37,753 bases of DNA. Source: a virus (Duplodnaviria > Heunggongvirae > Uroviricota > Caudoviricetes). Made by a program: the position numbers and the translations under genes. Under the pieces are notes generated by a model. It made no database searches. It had not been told where the DNA came from and saw only the letters and a program-made list of their open reading frames with translations. The stretch lies in the IMG/VR virus record IMGVR_UViG_2687453319_000001; one strand, written 5' to 3'. Positions 28,979 to 37,392 of this stretch are shown here, piece after piece; the stretch's first letter is position 1, and every line of letters begins with the position of its first letter.

Positions 28979-29400
28979 CTTCTCTTGGTATTTTTGTTCA
29001 TTATTCCACCTGTTCCTATGGTTACGTTACCTTTGATAACATTCCCCAGAACATCTCCATGAATAACCTGTTCCGCCCGTTCTCTGGAGGAGCCAGTAGT
29101 CAAGGCCGACAAAACTGAACCTTTGACCTGTAATGGTGCCTGCCGGTAGTGCTGCAGTAACTCCATTTCATCACGTGATAAAGTTATACCTGATGACTCC
29201 CCGGTAAGAATGAACTGTACATTGGCCCCAATTCTTGCAAAGGCTGCAAGTAACTCACCTCCGGGAACAGCAACCCCTCGTTCATATTTCCCCCACATTT
29301 CTCTTGAAACGCCACAAAGGGCTGCTACTTCAGCCTGCTTGAGTGATAACCGCGAACGCTCAGCTTTGAACCGCGACGCGCAAAGAGAATCAAAATTCAC
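28975..29400 (-). CDS. Prophage repressor (HTH, XRE/Cro-C1 family); start uncertain (GTG 29400 or ATG 29436)
   Basis: HTH segment LSLKQAEVAALCGVSREMWGKYERG; divergent from the early operon; the ORF-track ATG at 29436 lies inside the -10 of the early promoter, so GTG at 29400 (GAGG RBS) is more plausible. Confidence 0.8.
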   Translation of the reverse strand: MNFDSLCASRFKAERSRLSLKQAEVAALCGVSREMWGKYERGVAVPGGELLAAFARIGANVQFILTGESSGITLSRDEMELLQHYRQAPLQVKGSVLSALTTGSSRERAEQVIHGDVLGNVIKGNVTIGTGGIMNKNTKRR

Positions 29401-29410
29401 ATAAACCTCA

Positions 29411-29439
29411 TTGACAATGAGAACAATAGTTCTCATAAT
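29411..29439 (+). promoter_or_regulatory. Early promoter Pe (TTGACA-17 bp-CATAAT) with a 20-bp perfect palindromic operator (ATGAGAACAATAGTTCTCAT, 29417-29436) in the spacer
   Basis: Consensus -35, 17-bp spacer, near-consensus -10, about 45 bp upstream of the first early gene; palindrome fills the spacer. Confidence 0.6.
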
Positions 29440-29486
29440 CTATCACATATAAAACAAACATCATTGCATCAACAAAGGAGACAACA

Positions 29487-29675
29487 ATGACTTCCGAACA
29501 AGTTAAAAATCTCTTCCGTCAGCGTGGTATCACGTTTACCCGCTGGGCCGAAGAACACGGCTACAGCCGCAATGAGGTCTATCGTGTTCTCAATGGACAG
29601 ACCAAAGCTCGTTACGGCAAAGCCCATGAAATTGCCGTAAAACTGGGATTAAAACCCACGTCAAATGCGGCATAA
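29487..29675 (+). CDS. Small DNA-binding early regulator (Ner/Cro-like)
   Basis: 62 aa, AAGGAG RBS; first gene of the early operon divergent from the repressor, as Mu ner. Confidence 0.55.
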   Translation: MTSEQVKNLFRQRGITFTRWAEEHGYSRNEVYRVLNGQTKARYGKAHEIAVKLGLKPTSNAA

Positions 29676-29727
29676 ATTTTCCACATATGCAACAGGTTAT
29701 CACATATTGCAAAAATGGAAATGTGAC

Positions 29728-30036
29728 ATGAGTAAAGTAAATATTTCCAGTTCTGGGACCCGCATCCTACGTGTACTCAAAGCTCTACGCGGTCATGCTC
29801 TGAACGGTGTTTCTAACGGTGAACTGGCATCAGCCCTGGGGGAGTCCCCGGCGAATATCAATCGAGCACTTAATACCCTTATTGAAGAGGGACTGGCCAT
29901 GAAATTAGAGAACGGACGTTTCGCACCGGGAATCCAGTTACTACAGATCGCCATGGCTCACAGTCACGAGATGGCGCGTGCACAGGATCGTATTAACGAA
30001 ATCAACCAACGAGTTATTTCAGGTAGTCGTTTGTAA
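29728..30036 (+). CDS. Winged-helix transcriptional regulator (IclR-like HTH domain only)
   Basis: TRILRVLKALRGHALNGVSNGELASALGESPANINRALNTLIEEGLAMKLENGRF resembles the IclR N-terminal HTH. Confidence 0.5.
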   Translation: MSKVNISSSGTRILRVLKALRGHALNGVSNGELASALGESPANINRALNTLIEEGLAMKLENGRFAPGIQLLQIAMAHSHEMARAQDRINEINQRVISGSRL

Positions 30037-30046
30037 GGAGTAATCA

Positions 30047-30961
30047 ATGGGACGCACCAAATCACCCGTTAACACTGAACTGAATGTTGAGGTTCCGCTG
30101 TCAGATAACATCAATGTCAATTTGAACGCTATGACACAGCATCGCATGGAAATTATGCAGCAGTTTGGTGATGGACTGCCTTATGAACGTGATCGCATTG
30201 TTCACGAAGCACGTTTTTATATGGCGCAGAGTGCTGAATCTATGCTGGAAGCGGGTAAGCGGCTGATCATCTTAAAAGAAAATGAGCCACACGGTGATTT
30301 TACAAACATTTTAGAAAATGAACTCGGACTTGCACCACAAGTTGCTCGCCGCATGATGCAAGCCAGTATGAAGTTTTTGGGAGAAGGTGATGAGCCAACA
30401 AAACGCTCAACGTTGAGCGTTTTGGGGAAAGCCAAACTGTACGACCTGATGGTTCTGGATAATGAAGAACTTGATGAATTGGCCGACGGCGGCACAGTTG
30501 CCGGCCTGACGCTTGACGACGTTGATCGCATGTCAGTACGTGAATTGCGTCAGGCCCTGCGCGAAGCGCGCGAAACCAACGCAGCACAACAGCGCGTACT
30601 CGCCGACAAAAATGAAAAAATAGATTCACTCTCCACCAGACTGGAGAAGAAATCCCGTATTCAGCCGCCTGAGCCTGATGAGGAGGTTAAGAAGCTGCGG
30701 GCGGAAGTAACAGCATTAGCGGTTGAGGCGGAATCTGCTATCGCCGTCCGACTGTCCAGCGCTTTTGAGACGCTGTGCGCATATTGTGCTGAAAACATGA
30801 TTGATACCCCCAGAGACTTCATGGCAGGCCTGGTCTGTCAACTGGAAAGCACAGCGCGTAGCCTGCGCTCCACATTTGACCTGCCGGACGAGCCAACAGG
30901 CAATGCAGCGCCTTCATGGCTGACTGAGCCGACGCCACAGATTAACGGGCTGGAGGCATAA
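30047..30961 (+). CDS. Hypothetical early protein
   Basis: 304 aa, AAGGAG RBS; immediately upstream of the transposase; no recognised motif. Confidence 0.45.
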   Translation: MGRTKSPVNTELNVEVPLSDNINVNLNAMTQHRMEIMQQFGDGLPYERDRIVHEARFYMAQSAESMLEAGKRLIILKENEPHGDFTNILENELGLAPQVARRMMQASMKFLGEGDEPTKRSTLSVLGKAKLYDLMVLDNEELDELADGGTVAGLTLDDVDRMSVRELRQALREARETNAAQQRVLADKNEKIDSLSTRLEKKSRIQPPEPDEEVKKLRAEVTALAVEAESAIAVRLSSAFETLCAYCAENMIDTPRDFMAGLVCQLESTARSLRSTFDLPDEPTGNAAPSWLTEPTPQINGLEA

Positions 30962-30964
30962 CCA

Positions 30965-32734
30965 ATGAATGCTGCCCTGACTGAACGACTGGTTTATGTC
31001 GCCCGCGCGGCACGTGACGCGGGGCATGGTAAACGCGGTGCAATATACGACGCTGCCTGTGCTGAACTTGGCATGTCCCGCGCCACTCTGCTGCGCAGGC
31101 TGAAGGAGGTCTCTGTGACTGATAAACGCAAAAAACGCGCCGATGCCGGGCGCAGCGCCCTGACCCGCGACGAAGCCGCGCTGATATCTGCCACACTGCG
31201 TGAGGCCACCCGCAAGAACGGTAAGCGTCTCTATTCCATCGCAGATGCAGTGGAAACCCTGCGGGCTAACGGCTTTATCACCGCAGGCAGAACAGATGAA
31301 ACCACCAGTGAGTTTTTCCCGTTGTCTGAAGATGCCATCAGCCGTGCTCTGCGTAACTATGGCCTGCACCCGGAACAACTGGATGCCCCTGCACCACATA
31401 CCGAAGTGGCCAGTCTGCATCCCAATCATGTCTGGCAGATTGACGCCTCACTCTGCACGCTTTACTACCTGAGCAATGGACATAAAGGGCTGCAGGTGAT
31501 GGACAGCGCGAAGTTCTACAAGAACAAGCCCGCTAACCTTGCCCGTATCGCCAGTGACCGCGTGTGGAGTTACGAGATTACCGACCATGCCAGCGGCTGG
31601 ATTTACGTTGAGTATGTGACGGGCGCGGAATCAGGTGAGAACCTGTGTTCTGTGCTTATCAACGCCATGCAGGAGCGTGGCGGCGCAGACGTGCTGCACG
31701 GCGTGCCGAAAATACTCTATCTCGACCCCGGCTCGGCAAACACCGCGGGTATGACGAAAAACATGTGCCGCTCACTGGGCATCGACCTGATAGCGCACAA
31801 GCCGCATAACGCCCGCGCCACCGGACAGGTGGAAAAGGCGCGTGACATTATCGAACGCAAGCTGGAGCCGGGTCTGAAGTTCCGGCCGGTTCACAGTCTG
31901 GAAGAACTCAACGCGCTGGCCGCGAAATGGCGCAGCCACTTTAACGCCACGGCTGTTCACAGCCGCCACGGTAAAACCCGCACGGATATCTGGCTGAAGA
32001 TTACTGCTGAGCAGCTGAAAAAAGCGCCTTCCGTTGAGGTATGTCGTGAACTGGCTGTGGCGGCACCAGAACTCCGCAAAGTCACGCCAAAACTTCGTGT
32101 CTCGTTCCGGGGCACTGAATTTGACGTATCAACGGTACCGGGCGTACTGGTTGGTGAAAAACTGATGATTACCCGTAACCCATGGCGCAGCGATGTGGCA
32201 CAGGTGGTTCTGACCGGTGAGGACGGCCACGAGACGTTCTTCCTGGTCGAAGAGGTCAGAAAGAACGAGTTTGGCTTTGCTGAAGGCGCGGCGGTATTTG
32301 GCGAAAGTTACAAAGCCCTGCCGGAAACCCCGGCACAGATGGCGGCAAAAGAAACCGAAGCGCTGGTTACCGGTACAGACAACGCCGCAGATGCAGCCGC
32401 CGCACGCAAGGCGAAGGCGCTGCCGTTCGGCGGGCGGCTTGACCCGTATAAACATATCGACGACACCACACTTCCGGCCTATATGCCGAAGCGTGGTCAG
32501 GCCTCTGACGTACGCGGGCCGCGCACTGAACAACGTCCCATGACTCATGTGGAGGCCGCGAAAGCCCTGCGCGATAAGTTCAGCGCCGACGGCCTTACCT
32601 GGACGCCGGAACATTACCGCCAGTTAACGGCACAGTACCCGGACGGCGTACCGGAAGCCGCACTGGATGAAGTCATGGCCACGCTGACCACACCGGCCCG
32701 CAGCAGTGTTATCAGCATTGTTAACGGCAACTGA
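30965..32734 (+). CDS. DDE transposase (Mu A-like function; retroviral-integrase/rve-type core)
   Basis: 589 aa; core motifs HVWQIDAS and LYLDPGSAN consistent with a DDE catalytic domain; followed by the ATPase partner. Confidence 0.85.
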   Translation: MNAALTERLVYVARAARDAGHGKRGAIYDAACAELGMSRATLLRRLKEVSVTDKRKKRADAGRSALTRDEAALISATLREATRKNGKRLYSIADAVETLRANGFITAGRTDETTSEFFPLSEDAISRALRNYGLHPEQLDAPAPHTEVASLHPNHVWQIDASLCTLYYLSNGHKGLQVMDSAKFYKNKPANLARIASDRVWSYEITDHASGWIYVEYVTGAESGENLCSVLINAMQERGGADVLHGVPKILYLDPGSANTAGMTKNMCRSLGIDLIAHKPHNARATGQVEKARDIIERKLEPGLKFRPVHSLEELNALAAKWRSHFNATAVHSRHGKTRTDIWLKITAEQLKKAPSVEVCRELAVAAPELRKVTPKLRVSFRGTEFDVSTVPGVLVGEKLMITRNPWRSDVAQVVLTGEDGHETFFLVEEVRKNEFGFAEGAAVFGESYKALPETPAQMAAKETEALVTGTDNAADAAAARKAKALPFGGRLDPYKHIDDTTLPAYMPKRGQASDVRGPRTEQRPMTHVEAAKALRDKFSADGLTWTPEHYRQLTAQYPDGVPEAALDEVMATLTTPARSSVISIVNGN

Positions 32735-32744
32735 GGAGGGAAAC

Positions 32745-33911
32745 ATGCTGGTACTGAAGCAGCAACTGAAAGAGGCCCGTATTCCACAGGCGGTGGTGGC
32801 GAGAGCTGTCGATGTTTCTGAGGCCACGCTGGCCCAGATTGTGAATCATAACGCGTGGCCCCGCACCAGCCCCGGAGAAGTGCGCCGGCGTCTTGCGTCC
32901 TGGCTGGAAAGTCAGGGGATTGATACAACGAAGAGTTTTGATGCTGTACAGGGCGCGGCCACGCCCCGTACAGCGGGTACCACAGATAAAACGAGCCTCA
33001 GTGAGGAAGAGAATATGTTACTCAAAAAACAGGTGTTATTTCCAGCAACCAAAAAAGCGTTTGGTCTTTTCCGTGACCCGTTCGCCGACGAAGCCATGCA
33101 GGGTTCTGATGATGTGTTCACCACCCCGGACATTCGCTACGTGCGTGAGGCGCTGTACCAGACAGCCCGTCATGGTGGGTTTATGGCCGTCATCGGTGAG
33201 TCCGGTGCGGGTAAATCCACGCTGCGCCGCGACCTGACTGAACGTATCAACCGCGAGAATGCGCCGGTAATTGTTATCGAGCCATACATCATCGCTATGG
33301 AAGACAACGATGTGAAAGGGAAAACCCTGAAGGCAGCAGCTATTGCCGAAGCCATTATCAGTACCATCGCACCACTGGAAAGCATCAGACGCAGTCAGGA
33401 CGCCCGTTTTCGCCAGTTGCATCGCGTCCTGAAAGACAGCAGCCAGGCGGGGTTCAGCCACGTTCTGGTGATTGAGGAGGCCCACAGTCTGCCCATTCCG
33501 ACACTGAAACACCTCAAACGCTTTTTTGAGCTGGAGTCCGGTTTCAAAAAACTGCTGTCCATCGTGCTGATTGGCCAGCCGGAACTGGCGACAAAACTGT
33601 CTGAACGCAATATGGAAGTCCGTGAAGTCGTTCAGCGCTGTGAGGTGGTCGAACTTCTGCCTCTGGACAATAACCTTGAAGAATTTCTGACGTTCAAACT
33701 GCAACGGGCCGGTAAACAGCTGACGGACATTATGGACGCCGGTGCAGTGGATGCCATACGTGCCCGCCTGAGCAATCCGGGAAGTCACCGTAAAAATATG
33801 GTCAGCCTGCTGTATCCGCTGGCCGTCAGTAACCTGGTAATAGCCGCCATGAATCTGGCCGCTGAAATCGGGGTTCCACAGGTCAACGCTGACGTTGTCA
33901 AAGGGGTTTAA
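32745..33911 (+). CDS. Transposition ATPase / target DNA activator (MuB/TniB-like AAA+)
   Basis: 389 aa; Walker A GESGAGKST, Walker B HVLVIEEAH; N-terminal HTH-like segment; GAGGAGG RBS. Confidence 0.8.
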   Translation: MLVLKQQLKEARIPQAVVARAVDVSEATLAQIVNHNAWPRTSPGEVRRRLASWLESQGIDTTKSFDAVQGAATPRTAGTTDKTSLSEEENMLLKKQVLFPATKKAFGLFRDPFADEAMQGSDDVFTTPDIRYVREALYQTARHGGFMAVIGESGAGKSTLRRDLTERINRENAPVIVIEPYIIAMEDNDVKGKTLKAAAIAEAIISTIAPLESIRRSQDARFRQLHRVLKDSSQAGFSHVLVIEEAHSLPIPTLKHLKRFFELESGFKKLLSIVLIGQPELATKLSERNMEVREVVQRCEVVELLPLDNNLEEFLTFKLQRAGKQLTDIMDAGAVDAIRARLSNPGSHRKNMVSLLYPLAVSNLVIAAMNLAAEIGVPQVNADVVKGV

Positions 33912-33913
33912 TA

Positions 33914-34183
33914 ATGAAATCCACCACAGGTATCAACCAGCAAATCAGCAAAGTGCAGTCAGCCATTATGGCGCTTAAGGCGACGAACACGGATGTACAA
34001 AGCATCACCATCAGGGGTAACAAACCTGTCATCCGCGTTTCCCGGAGTGCGCATTGCATGCGCATGCTTGAGCAGGGAAAGGCCTGTTATCTGTATACCG
34101 GACATGACCACAGGGGATATTTCCGTCAGGGCGTTTTCGAACTGCACGGCTGTCGCGTCGTGTGGCCGGAATCTTTGTGGTAA
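33914..34183 (+). CDS. Hypothetical early protein (Kil position)
   Basis: 89-aa ORF directly after the B-like gene. Confidence 0.35.
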   Translation: MKSTTGINQQISKVQSAIMALKATNTDVQSITIRGNKPVIRVSRSAHCMRMLEQGKACYLYTGHDHRGYFRQGVFELHGCRVVWPESLW

Positions 34184-34210
34184 TCAGCACAACTGGAGAA
34201 ATCATAAAAA

Positions 34211-34741
34211 ATGGCAAAAAGTACAAAAGGTGCAAAACGTATCAAGGCCGCAGCAGCACTCTGGGTGCCGGGGACACGTGAAGAGGTCATTGAGGGAATC
34301 AGACTACTCGGTGACGCACAACGTGAACTGGTCAGGGCTGAAACAGAAATGAATGACGCCATTGGCGATATCACCGCACGTTATGCCCCGCTCACCGAGA
34401 GCCTGAAAAAACGCATGGCCGAACTGCAGTCCGGTATTCAGACATGGTGTGAGGCACACCGTGATGAACTGACCGGCAACGGGAAGGTGAAGTTCGCTAA
34501 CCTCACCACCGGCGAGGTGCAGTGGCGAAACCGTCCGCCATCAGTCAGTATCCGTGGGGCGGATAATGTTATTGAATTACTGAGACGTCTGGGGCTTGAG
34601 CGCTTTATTCGTGTAAAAGAGGAAATAAATAAAGACGCTATCCTGAATGAAAAAGAGGCCGTGAAAAATATTCCCGGTATTTCCATTAAAAGCGACATTG
34701 AGGATTTTTCAATAATTCCTTTTGAGCAGGATGTGCAGTAA
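34211..34741 (+). CDS. gam: Host-nuclease inhibitor protein Gam (Mu Gam family)
   Basis: 176 aa; MAKSTKGAKRIKAAAA...LLGDAQRELVRAETEMNDAIGDIT...ANLTTGEVQWRNRPPSVSIRG...FIRVKEEINKDAIL...IEDFSIIPFEQD closely parallels Mu Gam. Confidence 0.92.
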   Translation: MAKSTKGAKRIKAAAALWVPGTREEVIEGIRLLGDAQRELVRAETEMNDAIGDITARYAPLTESLKKRMAELQSGIQTWCEAHRDELTGNGKVKFANLTTGEVQWRNRPPSVSIRGADNVIELLRRLGLERFIRVKEEINKDAILNEKEAVKNIPGISIKSDIEDFSIIPFEQDVQ

Positions 34742-34838
34742 ACACACCACGTTAATTATTTAATAAAAACATTTTCTTTTTTATTCCGACGTCAGCGCCG
34801 CGGGCTTCTGCACGCCGGAAACAGAGGAGAATTAAATC

Positions 34839-35033
34839 ATGATATTTAAATGTATTCAGTGCGAGAGGGATATAACAGCCCTGCGTTTTCACAGCGCCAT
34901 CGCCGTGATGTCCGGTAAATACCACATCCCTGCGGTACGCGTCACCCTGGTCTGCCCGTACTGCAGCCAGCATTTTTCGGCAGACGTGCCCGTCATGGAA
35001 TTCTCCCGCCCTGACAGGGAGGACTCGCAATGA
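34839..35033 (+). CDS. Small zinc-ribbon-like protein (CxxC...CxxC)
   Basis: 64 aa with Cys pairs CIQC and CPYC; strong RBS. Confidence 0.4.
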   Translation: MIFKCIQCERDITALRFHSAIAVMSGKYHIPAVRVTLVCPYCSQHFSADVPVMEFSRPDREDSQ

Positions 35034-35302
35034 TTACCCCACAGGAAGCACGACAGCGCACCCGAACCCTTGTTGAACACTATGTCAACGAGTGTGAATG
35101 CCGCGACCTCACCGATGTGAAGCACGTCCTGACGGCGCTAATCAGCATGACCGCTCAAGCCATTGTGGCGACCAACGGAAAGGCGGCTGCCCTGCAGGTA
35201 CTGGTGAACACACTAACCCACACGGCAGCGCATGAGGTGCCGTACCGGATGGAAACCACTGCAGAAGGCGGCCTGCACATCACCGTCAGCCGGAAGCACT
35301 GA
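35030..35302 (+). CDS. Hypothetical early protein
   Basis: 90-aa ORF, translationally coupled. Confidence 0.4.
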   Translation: MITPQEARQRTRTLVEHYVNECECRDLTDVKHVLTALISMTAQAIVATNGKAAALQVLVNTLTHTAAHEVPYRMETTAEGGLHITVSRKH

Positions 35303-35311
35303 GGGCGCGGC

Positions 35312-35608
35312 ATGACACGGAACACCATACTCACCCGCACCGCCCTCTACCGTCTGGCCCTGCAGCGTTTCGGGCCGGACGCACAGGCCCTGAAACTGAC
35401 AGAAGAGGCCGCTGAACTGGCGGCCAGTGCTGCCCGCAATCTGAACGGACAGGGCAGCGAAAGCGACCTCGCGGCAGAGCTGGCAGACGTGGAAATCATG
35501 ACAGAGCAATTGCGCCTTCAGGGGATGGACCGGCTGATTGACTTCCACAAACAGAAAAAACTGGAACGTCTGGCTGCACGACTGGGCGTGATTTACACGA
35601 ACGAGTAA
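35312..35608 (+). CDS. MazG-like nucleotide pyrophosphohydrolase domain protein
   Basis: 98 aa; LTEEAAELAASA...ELADVEIMTEQL resembles the EExxE...ExxD motifs of small MazG/HisE-type all-alpha NTP pyrophosphatases. Confidence 0.55.
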   Translation: MTRNTILTRTALYRLALQRFGPDAQALKLTEEAAELAASAARNLNGQGSESDLAAELADVEIMTEQLRLQGMDRLIDFHKQKKLERLAARLGVIYTNE

Positions 35609-35622
35609 CCGGGAGGCATTCA

Positions 35623-35838
35623 ATGGCTGACATACTCAGGGAAATCACCGCATGGATACTGATTCTTACTGGCCTGGCGACATGCCTCAGTGCGGGGGCA
35701 GCCCTGGCTGCCCTGCTGATGCACATAACAACACAGTGGTTATGGGAAAAGCTTAAAGCAGCATACAGCCTGAAAGAGCTGTCCGACGCTGTCCGGGCAT
35801 GGAAACGGCAGAAAAATACCGGAGATACAGAACAATGA
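35623..35838 (+). CDS. Small membrane protein
   Basis: 71 aa with one TM (ITAWILILTGLATCLSAGAALAALL). Confidence 0.35.
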   Translation: MADILREITAWILILTGLATCLSAGAALAALLMHITTQWLWEKLKAAYSLKELSDAVRAWKRQKNTGDTEQ

Positions 35839-36518
35839 CAGACCAGAATAAACACATTGAGAAACTGAAAAAGTTGCTGGCGCTGGCCGCATCCGGCAAC
35901 CCGCACGAGGCCGCTCTGGCACTGCGCCGAGCCCGTAAACTGATGGATGTTCACGGCATCACACATTCCGACATTGCTATGAGTGATATTGATGAAACCA
36001 TCAGTCACTACTGGCCGACAGGCAGTCTCCGTCCACCGCGCTACATGCTGGGCCTGATGAACATCATCCGCGAGGTATTTGGTGTTAACTCCATCATTCA
36101 CCCCGGCACGCATCCGTCTGTGGGGTTCTACGGCAACCGGGAACGTGCGGCACTGGCTGCATACACCTGGGAAGTGCTGGCCCGTCAGCTGAAAAAGGCG
36201 CGTCAGCAGTATATCAGTGCACAGAACAAAAGAATAAAAACCGCCACCCGCACCAGCCGTGGAGACCAGTTTGCCGAAGGCTGGGTGCTGGCCGTTATCA
36301 GTGAAATACAGTCCTTTGCCCTGACCGATGATGAGCGTGAACTGATGCAGCAGTGGCTGGAACATAAATACCCGCAGACGCAAACCACCAGGGCGCGTAA
36401 ACCGGGAAGAAGCCGCAATGGCGACGCCTCGCGCTATGCGGGGTTTCGTGAAGGGCAGAACGTCAGACTGCACCGCCCGGTCAGTGGGCAGGAACAACAG
36501 AAACTGGAGGCCAGATGA
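35835..36518 (+). CDS. Hypothetical early protein (DUF2786-like N-terminus)
   Basis: Start at internal Met with GGAGA RBS; N-terminal KHIEKLKKLLALAASGNPHEAALALRRARKLM motif common in phage proteins of unknown function. Confidence 0.45.
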   Translation: MTDQNKHIEKLKKLLALAASGNPHEAALALRRARKLMDVHGITHSDIAMSDIDETISHYWPTGSLRPPRYMLGLMNIIREVFGVNSIIHPGTHPSVGFYGNRERAALAAYTWEVLARQLKKARQQYISAQNKRIKTATRTSRGDQFAEGWVLAVISEIQSFALTDDERELMQQWLEHKYPQTQTTRARKPGRSRNGDASRYAGFREGQNVRLHRPVSGQEQQKLEAR

Positions 36519-36745
36519 TTACGCTATCAGGTAAAAGCCGGAAATTAAAAGCCTGCCGAATATCTGCCAGATACCTTTTTGCCCGCGCCTTTTTTAAGAA
36601 CGTCAGGCCGGGGATCACAATTGGTGTTATTGCCGGACGCGAACAGGTTGAAAAATACATGTCAGGTGCATGGTGGAATAACGACCCTGTCATTGCTGCC
36701 CGTAATATTCATATCGAATGGGGAGGTATTCAGAATGACTACTGA
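36515..36745 (+). CDS. Hypothetical early protein
   Basis: 76-aa ORF, GGAGG RBS. Confidence 0.35.
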   Translation: MITLSGKSRKLKACRISARYLFARAFFKNVRPGITIGVIAGREQVEKYMSGAWWNNDPVIAARNIHIEWGGIQNDY

Positions 36746-36941
36746 AACCATTGTCTGTTTTCTTTTCTGGTATATGTACGCAGGATCATGCAGCGCAAGA
36801 CTTCATCGTTCCCTGGGCTATGGCAGGCACTACGACACCGCGCATTACATCCTGTACATGACCGCCGTCATGTTGTTCTGGCCAGTCACCCTGCCAGCTG
36901 CAACCGACATTGTTGCCGACAGACTGAAAAAAAGGAGATGA
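36735..36941 (+). CDS. Small membrane protein
   Basis: 68 aa starting at ATG 36735 (GGGAGG RBS), two hydrophobic segments. Confidence 0.35.
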   Translation: MTTETIVCFLFWYMYAGSCSARLHRSLGYGRHYDTAHYILYMTAVMLFWPVTLPAATDIVADRLKKRR

Positions 36942-36942
36942 T

Positions 36943-37392
36943 ATGCAGAAAAAACGCCTGATACAGCTTATCCATATTGCCCGTAATGAACTGGGTATGG
37001 ATGAAGACACCTACCGCCAGATGTTACAGGGGCTGACCGGTAAAGCCTCAACCAAAGGAATGGATACCACACAACTAAACTGCGTGCTGGAATCCATGAA
37101 AAAGAAAGGCTTTCGCGTTAAACCAGCCAGAAAAGCCAGCTCCGGTTTACCGCTGGATAACCATCCGCAGTCCAGGAAAATTCGTGCGCTATGGCTTGAA
37201 ATGGCTGCTGCCGGCATTGTTCGTGACCGTTCAGAAAATGCATTAGCGAGGTGGATCAAGCGGGAAACGGGCATCAGCGCCCTGCGCTGGCTCAGTACTG
37301 AACAGGCAAGCAGTGTTATTGAGAAACTGAAGAAGTGGCAGCGCAGAGCTGCGGGAGTCAAACATGAGCGACCTGAATCAGTTTCGAAGTAA
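36943..37392 (+). CDS. gemA: GemA-like regulatory protein (Mu gp16 family)
   Basis: 149 aa; LIQLIHIARNELGMDEDTYRQMLQGLTGKAS...QSRKIRALWLEMAAAGIVRD...ARWIKRETGISALRWLSTEQASSVIEKLKKW parallels Mu GemA. Confidence 0.8.
   Translation: MQKKRLIQLIHIARNELGMDEDTYRQMLQGLTGKASTKGMDTTQLNCVLESMKKKGFRVKPARKASSGLPLDNHPQSRKIRALWLEMAAAGIVRDRSENALARWIKRETGISALRWLSTEQASSVIEKLKKWQRRAAGVKHERPESVSK

Noticed and set aside
29436-29436. ATG at 29436 as the repressor start codon
   Set aside because: It lies inside the -10 hexamer and operator palindrome of the divergent early promoter and lacks an RBS; GTG at 29400 with a GAGG RBS is more plausible, though not proven.
33036-33788. 250-aa - strand ORF
   Set aside because: Antisense to the transposition ATPase gene, which carries clear Walker motifs on the + strand.
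35496-36497. 333-aa - strand ORF spanning several early genes
   Set aside because: Crosses multiple well-supported + strand genes with RBSs; antisense artefact.
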